Below, in pieces: positions 1 through 8,375 of a DNA stretch of 33,510 bases (the first letter of the stretch is position 1; each line of letters begins with the position of its first letter). The notes below the pieces were generated by a model, which ran no database searches, was not told the DNA's origin, and saw only the letters and a program-made list of their open reading frames with translations. A program made the translations under genes and the position numbers. The DNA is from a virus, in IMG/VR virus record IMGVR_UViG_3300007102_000029, positions 1 to 33,510 of that record; one strand, given 5' to 3'.

Positions 1-82
1 CGGACAACGACCAGGACCCGGACAACGACCAGGACCCGGACAACGACCAGGACCCGGACAACGACCAGGACCCGGACAACGA
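1..82. repeat. 18-bp perfect tandem repeat CGGACAACGACCAGGACC, 4 full units plus 10 nt, diverging at nt 83
   Basis: Read directly. Units lie at 1-18, 19-36, 37-54 and 55-72, with a partial unit at 73-82. The same repeat occurs at 33431-33510. Confidence 0.95.
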
Positions 83-89
83 GGGTTAA
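1..89 (+). CDS. 3' end of a head-module gene: acidic DNDQDP hexapeptide-repeat tail ending DNEG-stop (the 5' part is at 33167-33510)
   Basis: The frame starting at nt 3 reads (DNDQDP)x4 DNEG, then TAA at 87-89. Repeat and phase are identical to the ORF left open at the window end. Confidence 0.75.
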   Translation, partial: DNDQDPDNDQDPDNDQDPDNDQDPDNEG

Positions 90-92
90 CGA

Positions 93-398
93 ATGTCGTT
101 ATTTTCCCAAAGCGACCGCCTGGCCATGTTAAAGGCGATTGGCGAAAACGAAAAAATTTCGCTTTTAGCGGCCGGGGTTCAAGTCAATTGCCTTTTTGTC
201 AACCCTGGCGAAACGGTGGAATTGTTCGGCGGCCAGGTCGTCGCCGAACGTCCGGCCGTTTTGCTTGACGAAAACGACGTTGCGACATTAAGCCCAGGCC
301 CGGACGTGGCGCTTTTGCTTAATTCTGTATTTTACAGCATTAGTAATATTGAAAAAGACGGGGCCGGGTTTGCCCTGGTTTCGCTTGCGGAGTTTTAG
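93..398 (+). CDS. putative head-tail joining / head completion protein (FII/gp6-like pattern)
   Basis: 101-aa ORF starting 3 nt after the upstream stop. The pattern VNPGETVELFGGQVVAERPAVLLDENDV..L..G......Y.I..IEKDGAGFALVSL resembles small head-tail joining proteins (recall only). It sits just after the capsid genes on the circular map. Confidence 0.5.
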   Translation: MSLFSQSDRLAMLKAIGENEKISLLAAGVQVNCLFVNPGETVELFGGQVVAERPAVLLDENDVATLSPGPDVALLLNSVFYSISNIEKDGAGFALVSLAEF

Positions 399-403
399 CG
401 GCA

Positions 404-667
404 ATGAGCGACAACGGACACGAATTTTGCCAGGCGCATAGCGGGGTTGTAACGCGAAACACAATTGTTATTTCCCTATTGGCAACCCTTATCGGCTTAA
501 TTATTACGGTCGGCGGGTATCAATTGAAATTGTTAACCGATCTTCGGGTGCAAGTAGCAATTAGCACAAATAATTTTGCCGATGTTTCGGAAAGTATCAA
601 GGAAATTAAGGCCGATCTAAAAAGCGTAGAAATGCGGGTTGGTGATTTGGAGGGCGGCGTTAAATGA
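404..667 (+). CDS. small single-TM protein with a coiled C-terminus; lysis-associated (holin/antiholin or spanin-like)
   Basis: 87 aa with the hydrophobic helix IVISLLATLIGLIITVGGY followed by a charged amphipathic tail. There is an ATGA start/stop overlap with the endolysin gene at 664. Confidence 0.5.
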   Translation: MSDNGHEFCQAHSGVVTRNTIVISLLATLIGLIITVGGYQLKLLTDLRVQVAISTNNFADVSESIKEIKADLKSVEMRVGDLEGGVK

Positions 668-1233
668 ATTTCGACAAGGCGTTTAACCGAACCGTTTTAT
701 TTGAGGGGGGTTATTCAAACGATAGCCTGGACCGGGGCGGGGAAACCGTCTTTGGTGTCAGTCGTCGCCACCACCCGGATTGGATAGGCTGGCGCGTTGT
801 CGAAAACCATTTTGCGCAAGGTGGAACGGTTGAACGGTTGGACGACAACCGGCAATTGATCGACCACGCCAAGGCGCTTTATAAGGCCGAATATTGGGAC
901 CGGTTAAAGCTGGACCAGGTGTTGGCCGTCGCCGTGTCGTGTGAAGTATTCGACACCGCGGTTAATTGTGGAACAAAAATCGGCGCCTTGTTTTTGCAAC
1001 AAGCGGCCAACCTGGTTGGCCGAAGTAACCCGCTTGTCGAGGACGGCGTTGTTGGTCCGAAAACAATTGACCATGTTAACCGCACCGCCGCCGAATTTCC
1101 GGCGGCCATGTTAAAGGCGCTTAATGGATTACAGTTCGAACACTACCACGCAATTATAAAGGCCCGGCCGATTCAACGGCGATTTATTCGCGGTTGGTTG
1201 CGGCGGGTCGATTTCACCGAGGGCGAAAAATGA
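664..1233 (+). CDS. endolysin, glycoside hydrolase family 108 N-domain plus PG_binding_3-type C-domain
   Basis: The N-terminal motif VLFEGGYSNDSLDRGGETVFGVSRR is the GH108 signature (EGGY..D..D.GG.T..G). The C-terminal part contains VEDGVVGPKTIDHVN, typical of the peptidoglycan-binding domain paired with GH108. Confidence 0.85.
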   Translation: MNFDKAFNRTVLFEGGYSNDSLDRGGETVFGVSRRHHPDWIGWRVVENHFAQGGTVERLDDNRQLIDHAKALYKAEYWDRLKLDQVLAVAVSCEVFDTAVNCGTKIGALFLQQAANLVGRSNPLVEDGVVGPKTIDHVNRTAAEFPAAMLKALNGLQFEHYHAIIKARPIQRRFIRGWLRRVDFTEGEK

Positions 1234-1793
1234 ATTGGTCGACAATCGGAAATTTGGTTGGCAAGGCGGCGCCGTTGGTCGGCGGTCTTTTGGGCGGCCC
1301 GGCGGGCGCGGCGGCGGGCAAGATGGTTGCCGACTTTTTGGGGACCGAGCCGACGCCGGAAGCGGTTAGCGAGGCTTTAAAGGCCGACCCGGAAGCGTTC
1401 GTTAAGTTGCGCCAAATGGAAACCGAAAAAGAAACCGAATTGGCCAGGCTGGCAAGCGAGGATTACCGCGCCGGAATTAATGCCGCGGTCGAGTCGGAAA
1501 AAATCGGGGCGGCCGACCGGGAAAACGCCCGCGACCGGGAAAAGCAATTGCGACTTTCCGGCCACCACAATTACCGCGCCGACATTATGTTGGCCCTGGC
1601 TTTTTTCTCTTTGCTGGCGATTATTTACATGGTTTGGGTTGAGGCCGACAAGATACCGCAACACGTTTTCGCGCTGTTCAATATGGCGGCCGGCATGTTG
1701 TTAAAGATGATTTCCGACGCTTTCCAATTCGAATTTGGTTCGTCTAGGGGAAGCAAAGAAAAAACATTGCTTGGCCGGGTTATTAACAAATAG
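1230..1793 (+). CDS. holin-like membrane protein (3-TM GTA-type holin family pattern)
   Basis: I place the start at ATG 1230 (ATGA overlap with the endolysin stop) rather than the track start at 1194. It has a Gly-rich N-terminus GGLLGGPAGAAAGKMVADFLG, hydrophobic segments IMLALAFFSLLAIIYMVWV and FALFNMAAGMLLKMI, and a terminal FEFGSSRGS motif that I recall from PF11351-type holins. Confidence 0.55.
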   Translation: MNWSTIGNLVGKAAPLVGGLLGGPAGAAAGKMVADFLGTEPTPEAVSEALKADPEAFVKLRQMETEKETELARLASEDYRAGINAAVESEKIGAADRENARDREKQLRLSGHHNYRADIMLALAFFSLLAIIYMVWVEADKIPQHVFALFNMAAGMLLKMISDAFQFEFGSSRGSKEKTLLGRVINK

Positions 1794-1886
1794 CGCCGAT
1801 TTTGCCCTATACCAAGGCAAGGGGCGCACGAAAAAGATTGAATACACGGTAAATTTGAAAGCCAATTTTTAAAGGTTTTGGAAATT

Positions 1887-2330
1887 ATGGCAAGTAAACG
1901 CGACCAAATAATGGACGCCCTGGAAACTAGACTTGGAACGATAAGCCCGGCCAACGGGTGTTCGTTTACGATTCCAGCGGATAGCGTGGCGCAATGGCGC
2001 AAGCAAGCTTTCGGGGTGTCCGACTTGCCGTTTATTGATATACGCGACCCGTTGGACACAATGCCGGAAGTGTCGACCGCCGGCCGTCGCAACCACGAAT
2101 TGCAAGTTGAAATCGACTTGTTTTTTGCCGGCGACACGTCGGTTGCCAATGCCCGAAACCTGGTCGCCGACGTCGCCACGATCATTGGCACCGACGACAC
2201 CTTTTCGGGCCTGGCGTATAAAACCGAAATTGTTAGCGCCGCCATTGAAATGGACCAGGAAAACAAGGTTTATTCGGCGGCCCAGGTGTCGATTGTTATT
2301 TATTACCGGACGAACCAATGGAGTTTATAA
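1887..2330 (+). CDS. putative tail terminator / tail completion (neck) protein
   Basis: ATG 1887 is preferred over TTG 1878, with AAGG upstream. It lies immediately upstream of the major tail gene. Size and the N-terminal I..AL..RL..I pattern with a C-terminal beta-strand tail (VSIVIYYR) fit tail terminator-like proteins (weak, recall only). Confidence 0.4.
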   Translation: MASKRDQIMDALETRLGTISPANGCSFTIPADSVAQWRKQAFGVSDLPFIDIRDPLDTMPEVSTAGRRNHELQVEIDLFFAGDTSVANARNLVADVATIIGTDDTFSGLAYKTEIVSAAIEMDQENKVYSAAQVSIVIYYRTNQWSL

Positions 2331-2358
2331 AAAATTTTGACCAAGCGAGGTGGCAAAA

Positions 2359-3471
2359 ATGAGCATTAAACAAAAGAGTAATACAACCGTCTACGCCGAA
2401 ATACAGTCGGCCAAGGGGTCGGCGGCCACGGTGGCCGCGGCCAACGCCGTGGACCCAACAAACGATTCGACGTTTGTTCAACCAAAAGGCGATATGATCG
2501 ACCGCGGCTTGATTCGCGGCGGGCGCTATCCGTCGAAACAGGTTGCCGGCGGTCGTTGGGGTGAAGGGCCGTTAACCCTGGAAATGCGCGGGTCCGGCAC
2601 CGCCGGCGAGGCGCCGGAGTTTTCGCCGTTTATGGAAACGTTGCTTGGCACCAAGGCCGCAAGCGTCGCCGATGCGGTCGAGGCCGGAAGCGGCGCGGCT
2701 GGCGGTTTCGACGCTTCGGAGTTGTTCGCGGTCGGCCAGCTTGTCCGGGTCGAAATCGGGTCCGGGTATGAGGTCCGGCGCATTGCCACCGTGTCCGGGT
2801 CCGGCCCTTATTCTTACACCGTCCAGCGTGATTTTTCCCAGGCGCCGGCCGACGGGGCGATTATCGCCGCGGGTGTTACCTATTACCACCAAGGGTCGGA
2901 AGCTGAACCGTATATGACCATGGAACAATACTTGGACGGTATCAAGTTGAATTGTATCGACGCGGCCGCCGAAAGTCTGCAATTGACGACCAACGCCCGC
3001 GACGTTATCCGCGGGGTGTTCGGTATCCGGTCGCTAACGTGCGCCGATTCGGAAGCGGCCGACGGGTTAACGCCGGAATACGACGACACGTTGCCGCTTA
3101 TCGGGACCGATTGCAACCTGATTCTGGCGGCGTCGGCCCTGGAAATGCGGTCGTTCGACTTTTCCCTGACCACCCGCCGGTCGCGGGGCGGTGTGAACAG
3201 TTCGGGCTTTTCCGATCTTCCGTGGCTATCCAAATTCGAAGCCGCCGGCAACCTGACACCGTTTGTCGAGGACGTGTCGCCGCTTACGGCCTTTTTCGCC
3301 GGCACCCTGGCCGATTTGGAAATGACCAAGGGAACAAGCGCCGGGAATATCCTTCATATTGAATTAGAAAATATCCAATATACCGGCGCCGAAATCGGCG
3401 AAGAAGAGGGCGACTTTTCGTGGTCGCTTCCGTTCGTCATTACCGGCGGGGTGTATATCGGCTTTTTCTAA
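2359..3471 (+). CDS. putative major tail (tube) protein
   Basis: ATG 2359 is preceded by GAGG (2347-2350). It lies directly upstream of the tape measure gene and is followed by a hairpin terminator, as expected for a highly expressed structural gene. There is no sheath-type gene nearby. Confidence 0.5.
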   Translation: MSIKQKSNTTVYAEIQSAKGSAATVAAANAVDPTNDSTFVQPKGDMIDRGLIRGGRYPSKQVAGGRWGEGPLTLEMRGSGTAGEAPEFSPFMETLLGTKAASVADAVEAGSGAAGGFDASELFAVGQLVRVEIGSGYEVRRIATVSGSGPYSYTVQRDFSQAPADGAIIAAGVTYYHQGSEAEPYMTMEQYLDGIKLNCIDAAAESLQLTTNARDVIRGVFGIRSLTCADSEAADGLTPEYDDTLPLIGTDCNLILAASALEMRSFDFSLTTRRSRGGVNSSGFSDLPWLSKFEAAGNLTPFVEDVSPLTAFFAGTLADLEMTKGTSAGNILHIELENIQYTGAEIGEEEGDFSWSLPFVITGGVYIGFF

Positions 3472-3482
3472 AAAACCAACCA

Positions 3483-3510
3483 GGCGGCCCGCCAAGCGCG
3501 GGTCGCCTTT
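3483..3510 (+). terminator. intrinsic terminator-like hairpin after the major tail gene
   Basis: GGCGGCCCGC (3483-3492) pairs with GCGGGTCGCC (3498-3507), giving 10 bp with one G-U and a 5-nt loop, followed by TTT. The T-tract is short. Confidence 0.45.
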
Positions 3511-3629
3511 AAGTAAAAGGGGCGTTTATCGTGCGGTTGTTTTTTAAAGGGATTGTTTATTTTATTCGTTACCCGCGGGGGTTTGTCGAAACCTGGCGGG
3601 CGAATTTGCGAAAGGTAAAGGCGTAAAGC

Positions 3630-5069
3630 ATGGCCAAGGGGTCCCGCAAATTTACGTTTGTCATTAACGCCAAAAACAAGGCGTCGAAAGTTTTAAACGG
3701 CTTTCGCGGTCAGCTTGCGAAAATTGGCAGTTTTGCCAAAAAGATATTTTCGCCGACCGGGATAATTGCCGGCGGCCTGGCCGCGCTTGGTGTTGGCAAG
3801 CTTGCCGGGTCCTTTGTCGAAACCGCTTCGGCTTTTGAAAACTTGGAAGCGAGTTTAACCACCACCACCGGGTCGCTTGAAAAAGCCCGCGAGGCGATTA
3901 AATACGCCAACGAAGAGGCGGCCGCGTCGCCCTTTACGGTTATGGAATACGCCGACGCCATAAGGTCGTTAACCGCTTACGGTATCGACTATCAATCGGT
4001 TATGACCACCCTTGGCGATACCGCCGCCAGCATGGGCAAGCCGTTAATGCAAGCGGTTGAAGCGTTTAGCGACGCTTTACAAGGCGAGGGCGAACGATTA
4101 AAAGAATTTGGCATTAAACAAAGCGTTGCCGGCGATCAAATAACCTATACCTGGACCGACACAATGGGGAAGGTTCGAAAGACGGTCGCCAAAAATTCCC
4201 CGGATATTATCGCCGAAACCTTAAAAGCAATTTGGAATGAAAAATACCAAGGCGGCATGGCCAAGTTCGCGGCCACCTGGACCGGCTTAACCAGCACGTT
4301 AAAAAGTATTTGGGACGAATTTAAATTGGCCGTTATGGAGGCCGGCGTTTTTGAATATTTAAAATCGGCCCTTTCGTTGCTCATTGAAAAAATTAACGAG
4401 GCGAAAAAAAGCGGCGATTTTAAAAAGTGGGCGGCGGCCGCCGGCGAAGCGATAACGAATGTAATTCGAATGTTGATTGTCAATTTTCCAAAAGCCTTAA
4501 TCGGTATTTTGGAAATTGGTTACAAAATATCGGAAATTTTCACCGGCTGGAAACTGATTTTTAACGGGTTAAAACAATTGGCTTACGCCCTTGGAATTGT
4601 TTTGGCCGAAATTGTCGACGCTTTTTTGGCGGGCATTACCAAGGCGCTTGAAGCGGTAAACGTCGGCGGGAAGTTTGACGAAGCGATTTCCCAGGCCAAG
4701 GCCGGGCGCCAGGCCAACGGCCAGGTTATCGGCCGATTGGACAACGGGTTGGCCCAGGCGGTCGCCGAACAGGGGAAAATCCTTTCCGAACAGCGGGACA
4801 ATTCCGCGACCATTGCCGAATTAAAAAAGAATGTCGAAGAAACGCAAGTGGCGTTCGACAATTTCGTTAAAGAGGTCGAAGCGTCGGTGGCGGCGAAAAA
4901 GGCCGACAAAGAGGCGACCAGCGAATTAACGTCGGAATTAACAAAGCTTTACGAAATTGAAAAGAAAATTTCCGAATTAAAGCGGGTCGACCTGGCGGGC
5001 CTGGGGCCGGCAACGGATAGGTCCGGGTTTTCGCTTGGTGATATTCGCGAGGGTGAGCGCACCGAATGA
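3630..5069 (+). CDS. tail tape measure protein (short, 479 aa)
   Basis: The N-terminal third (FENLEASLTTTTGSLEKAREAIKYANEEAAASPFTVMEYADAIRSLTAYGIDY...LGDTAASMGKPLMQAVEAFSDALQGEGERLKEFGI) matches the conserved tape-measure core pattern. The rest is long and helical/coiled. It sits between the major tail and distal tail genes. Confidence 0.8.
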   Translation: MAKGSRKFTFVINAKNKASKVLNGFRGQLAKIGSFAKKIFSPTGIIAGGLAALGVGKLAGSFVETASAFENLEASLTTTTGSLEKAREAIKYANEEAAASPFTVMEYADAIRSLTAYGIDYQSVMTTLGDTAASMGKPLMQAVEAFSDALQGEGERLKEFGIKQSVAGDQITYTWTDTMGKVRKTVAKNSPDIIAETLKAIWNEKYQGGMAKFAATWTGLTSTLKSIWDEFKLAVMEAGVFEYLKSALSLLIEKINEAKKSGDFKKWAAAAGEAITNVIRMLIVNFPKALIGILEIGYKISEIFTGWKLIFNGLKQLAYALGIVLAEIVDAFLAGITKALEAVNVGGKFDEAISQAKAGRQANGQVIGRLDNGLAQAVAEQGKILSEQRDNSATIAELKKNVEETQVAFDNFVKEVEASVAAKKADKEATSELTSELTKLYEIEKKISELKRVDLAGLGPATDRSGFSLGDIREGERTE

Positions 5070-7417
5070 GTGTTTTAAAAATCGAAATAGAAGATTCGAC
5101 GCAAGCGTGGCAAGAAATCGGCGACGGCGAATTGGATTCGGTGACGTTCGGCACCGGTGGTGCGCAAATAATCCCGCAAGCGTCGTTAACATTTAAGGCC
5201 GATTTGGGCGACTTGCCGGACGTCGACCCGGACGTTAACCCGACCCGGCCGCGGATTCGGATAACACACGGCGACGTCGTTAAATACTTTTTAATGGAAG
5301 ATATTAGCGGCGCCGTAAAAAAGAACAAAAGTTTTCCGGTGGTGACGGGTCGCGCCTGGGCCGGTATCTTGACCGACTTTCGGCCGTTGTCGTTTTTGTG
5401 GAAGCGATCGGCGTATTGTAGCGTTATCGCCGGCCAGGTGGCGCACCGGAATTTCGACGCGCAAAGCGGCGATACCGTCGGCATTGATTGGCGGGCCAGT
5501 ATTGACGCGCTTATTCCCGGCGGCCGTTACGAAGTCAGTAAAAAGGGGCGGCTGGAAATCGTTAAAGAGTTGGCCGAAAGTTGCGGCGCCATGGTCCGGG
5601 TGAGTCTGGACGGCTTGCGGTTGGAGGTTGTCGACAAACCGCAAAGCGGCAACCTTGTTTCGCCGACTTACTCTTTTACCGACGCTTATTCGTTATCGTA
5701 TCGGCGCGAACGGTGCGACTATCCGAAAAACGCCATAAGGGTTAAGGGTTTGGTCCCTGATTACGCCACCGGGAAATTGCCGGTTATTAAAGTCGGGGTT
5801 TCGCCAAATGTTATGGACGCCGACGGGACCAGCAACGCCACCGCCACCGCCACCGTTTTTGATGAAAACGGGGTTAAGGTCCAGCACCAACAAATAGAGG
5901 AACCGATTGAAGCGGGAAGTTATACCGAAATTCCGGTGTCGGGGTGTTATTCGGTGCAAGGGGTTTGGCTGAACACCGGGACCGTATCAAGCCCGGTGAA
6001 GGGGTCGCGGGTCGAGCCAACGACGTTTAACGCTTCAACAATTACGGTGCCGGATAATTCGACCGACTTTTTTATTGTGTCGTATACCAGAGCCGAGTCG
6101 GTGTCATGGTCGGTGACGGATAAGGGCGACGAAATTAAAGGCGAAGAGGCGACCAGCACCGGCAAGCTTTCGGTTTCGGTCGATAATTACATTGGGTCGG
6201 TGTTGGGCGTTTACCGCGCCAGCGACACCCGACGGGTTGGGACCAATTATTTTACCGGTGGCACCTTCACCGCCAACACCAAAGATATAACCCTTGGCAT
6301 TTCGCCAGGTCCGGCCGGCGAAGATTTAATTGTTGATTACGAAATTTACAACGGGTCGCCGCTTGGTTGCGCGGTGTCCCCGTCGTCGTCGCTTTGTGAT
6401 GAAACCGGCAAGGCGCAAACCACCGTTGGGGTTGGAAGCGCCGCCGGCACCGCGGTTGTTACCGCCAGCGCCCTGGGCCAATCCGGCGAGGCGTTGTTGA
6501 GTTTGAAAGGTAGCGCCATTGCAAGTATGACATTAACGGTCGACCCGGCGGTGTTGCGATCGGTCCAGGAAAACCGGTGGAACGAAACGTTTATTGAAAA
6601 CGAAGCGTCGGACCTTGCCGGTGGCGCCGGGCCTGACGGTTTTTATTTCGACGTGGACAACAACGTTTATTCGTGCCTGGCGTCCGACGTGAGTATTGCC
6701 GGCGGCTTGATTCCGCGGGCGGTGCGGTGGGAAGGAACACGAATTTTCGTTGTCCCGTATTCCAATCAGATTTTATCCACCCCGGCGTCGGTTGTTTGCC
6801 ATTACACCACCCGCGACGACATAACGGTGCCGGATTCCACCGCGACGGTTAGCGTAACCGCAAAACAGGCCAACGGCGACCCGGTGTCGGACAACACGCC
6901 GGTTTTATTCTCGCTTGGACGGGAAGCCAACGGTGCCACCTTGTCGGCACAACGGGCGTTAACCAGTAGCGGCGAAGCGTCGGTAACGTTAACGGCCGGC
7001 TTGCAAGCAATCTTTAAGCTTGTCGCCAGTTGCGGCCCGCTTGCGCAAAGCGTCGACATTAAGGTGTCCGACCACCCGGAGGGCGACCAGGTGTTGGTTG
7101 AACAGTTGGAAAACCGGTCGGAATATTTGTCGAAGCTGGACGAAGCGTTGGAAGAGGACGAAGAGGGCGAAGAAACCGCCGGCGCGGGGGACGATACCGC
7201 GGACGGGTCCGGCAACCTTTCCGGCACAAGGGTTTTGGAAGGGTGCGACGGGCCGTTGGCCGGGGTCGGTTGGAGTATGACCAACGGCACCGATTCGTAT
7301 AGCGGCACCACCGACGGCGCCGGGGTTATGGAGTTTTCCGGGGTTGCGCCTGGTTCTTATACCATTACCGCCGACGGGGTGGAACGCGAAATTACATTGG
7401 CACCGGTGGGGGATTAA
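5066..7417 (+). CDS. large distal tail / hub-type protein with Ig-like (Big_1-type) domains and a carboxypeptidase-regulatory-like C-terminal beta-sandwich
   Basis: It has an ATGA overlap with the tape measure gene. Ig-like segments include ATATATVFDENGVKV, GKAQTTVGVGSAAGTAVVTASALGQSGEA and STATVSVTAKQANGDPVSDNTPVLFSL..ATLSAQRALTSSGEASVTLTAG. An acidic linker (EEDEEGEE) is followed by GWSMTNGTDSYSGTTDGAGVMEFSGVAPGSYTITADG. Confidence 0.6.
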   Translation: MSVLKIEIEDSTQAWQEIGDGELDSVTFGTGGAQIIPQASLTFKADLGDLPDVDPDVNPTRPRIRITHGDVVKYFLMEDISGAVKKNKSFPVVTGRAWAGILTDFRPLSFLWKRSAYCSVIAGQVAHRNFDAQSGDTVGIDWRASIDALIPGGRYEVSKKGRLEIVKELAESCGAMVRVSLDGLRLEVVDKPQSGNLVSPTYSFTDAYSLSYRRERCDYPKNAIRVKGLVPDYATGKLPVIKVGVSPNVMDADGTSNATATATVFDENGVKVQHQQIEEPIEAGSYTEIPVSGCYSVQGVWLNTGTVSSPVKGSRVEPTTFNASTITVPDNSTDFFIVSYTRAESVSWSVTDKGDEIKGEEATSTGKLSVSVDNYIGSVLGVYRASDTRRVGTNYFTGGTFTANTKDITLGISPGPAGEDLIVDYEIYNGSPLGCAVSPSSSLCDETGKAQTTVGVGSAAGTAVVTASALGQSGEALLSLKGSAIASMTLTVDPAVLRSVQENRWNETFIENEASDLAGGAGPDGFYFDVDNNVYSCLASDVSIAGGLIPRAVRWEGTRIFVVPYSNQILSTPASVVCHYTTRDDITVPDSTATVSVTAKQANGDPVSDNTPVLFSLGREANGATLSAQRALTSSGEASVTLTAGLQAIFKLVASCGPLAQSVDIKVSDHPEGDQVLVEQLENRSEYLSKLDEALEEDEEGEETAGAGDDTADGSGNLSGTRVLEGCDGPLAGVGWSMTNGTDSYSGTTDGAGVMEFSGVAPGSYTITADGVEREITLAPVGD

Positions 7418-8016
7418 TGGGCGGGGCGGTTAATTTTTGCGAAGAGAAAAGCGCCGGCACCGGGGCGGTTAATTTTTGCGAAAAGTCGACTGGTCGAATT
7501 GACTTTTGCGACGACGAAGTGCCGCCCTTGTTGTTAGAGGGGACCGACGAACCGGTTAGCGGGTCGGAATATACGGCAAGCGGCGGGGTGCCGCCCTATT
7601 CGTTTACGATTGATTGCGGGTCGATAAGTAACAGCGGCAACAATTCGGTGGGGGTCGTTTCCGGTATTTCAAGTTGTTGCGGCGTCGGTTATGTCCGGGT
7701 GACGGATAGCGCCAACCAGGTGGCACAAATAGATATTAAGCATGCGAATGGTTCTTACCAAAATCAAGTTCTTTATTATGAAACGCCGATTGACGGTGGA
7801 AACCATATTTGGAATTACGATTATTGGGATTATGTGACTTGTTATATCGAGGACGGGATTCATTCCTATACCGTCCATAAAGTTTGCCCGATGTGCGGGG
7901 ATTGTGACGCAATTGGCGAGTCTGATATGGGGATGGTTCCATGCGACCCGACGTTTACTTGGTGCCCTGGTTCTTATGTCGGGTATTGGGTCCAGCAAAG
8001 GACGTGGGCGTGTTAA
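7417..8016 (+). CDS. Cys- and aromatic-rich tail-module protein of unknown function
   Basis: 199 aa with an ATG overlapping the upstream TAA. It has three N-terminal x-F-C-E/D repeats (GAVNFCEE, GAVNFCEK, RIDFCDD). The C-terminal half has many C/Y/W residues (CPMCGDCD, CDPTFTWCPGSY) and is visibly AT-richer. Confidence 0.6.
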   Translation: MGGAVNFCEEKSAGTGAVNFCEKSTGRIDFCDDEVPPLLLEGTDEPVSGSEYTASGGVPPYSFTIDCGSISNSGNNSVGVVSGISSCCGVGYVRVTDSANQVAQIDIKHANGSYQNQVLYYETPIDGGNHIWNYDYWDYVTCYIEDGIHSYTVHKVCPMCGDCDAIGESDMGMVPCDPTFTWCPGSYVGYWVQQRTWAC

Positions 8017-8375
8017 GCGAAAAGCCAACAACAAAAAAGGGCAATATAATTGTCGCGTCCAGCCGCGGCCCGTCGATCAATAAGGCGACCGGTCGGCCGG
8101 TGTTCCATATCGGCGGGGGTGGCGCCGCGGCGCAACGGGCCGAGCCGACCGCGGCCGATATGGCAAGGGGGTTCGGGGTGGCAATGAAACGGTGGGCCGC
8201 TTCCGGGGTTAAGTTGGTCAGCAAAAAAGAACATACCGAAAGATATTCGATTTGCCAGGCTTGCGAATATTTCCAGAAAAAACGGTGTAAAAAATGCGGG
8301 TGTTTTATGTATACAAAAACAAAATTAGCCGGCCAAGTTTGCCCGGCCACCCCGCCGAAATGGGGTGTTAAATGA
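8010..8375 (+). CDS. small zinc-ribbon protein (CxxC ... CxxCGC ... CP motif); start uncertain (GTG 8010 or ATG 8160)
   Basis: The C-terminal 70 aa read MARGFGVAMKRWAASGVKLVSKKEHTERYSICQACEYFQKKRCKKCGCFMYTKTKLAGQVCPATPPKW. This resembles a widespread small CGC-motif protein family of unknown function (recall only). AAAGGA lies 7 nt before GTG 8010, and there is no SD before ATG 8160. Confidence 0.5.
   Translation: MLSEKPTTKKGNIIVASSRGPSINKATGRPVFHIGGGGAAAQRAEPTAADMARGFGVAMKRWAASGVKLVSKKEHTERYSICQACEYFQKKRCKKCGCFMYTKTKLAGQVCPATPPKWGVK

Noticed and set aside
1-82. CRISPR array, or terminal direct repeats of a linear genome
   Set aside because: The 18-bp units are contiguous with no spacers, in frame, and code for DNDQDP. 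The two ends share phase and complete one ORF, which fits circular closure rather than CRISPR or DTRs. Simple abutment of 33510 to 1 without overlap breaks the repeat and the frame.
3531-3629. 32-codon GTG ORF with a T-rich run, as a frameshifting tail chaperone
   Set aside because: It is far too short, has no second overlapping frame of suitable length and no SD. It is kept only as a note under the missing-chaperone finding.
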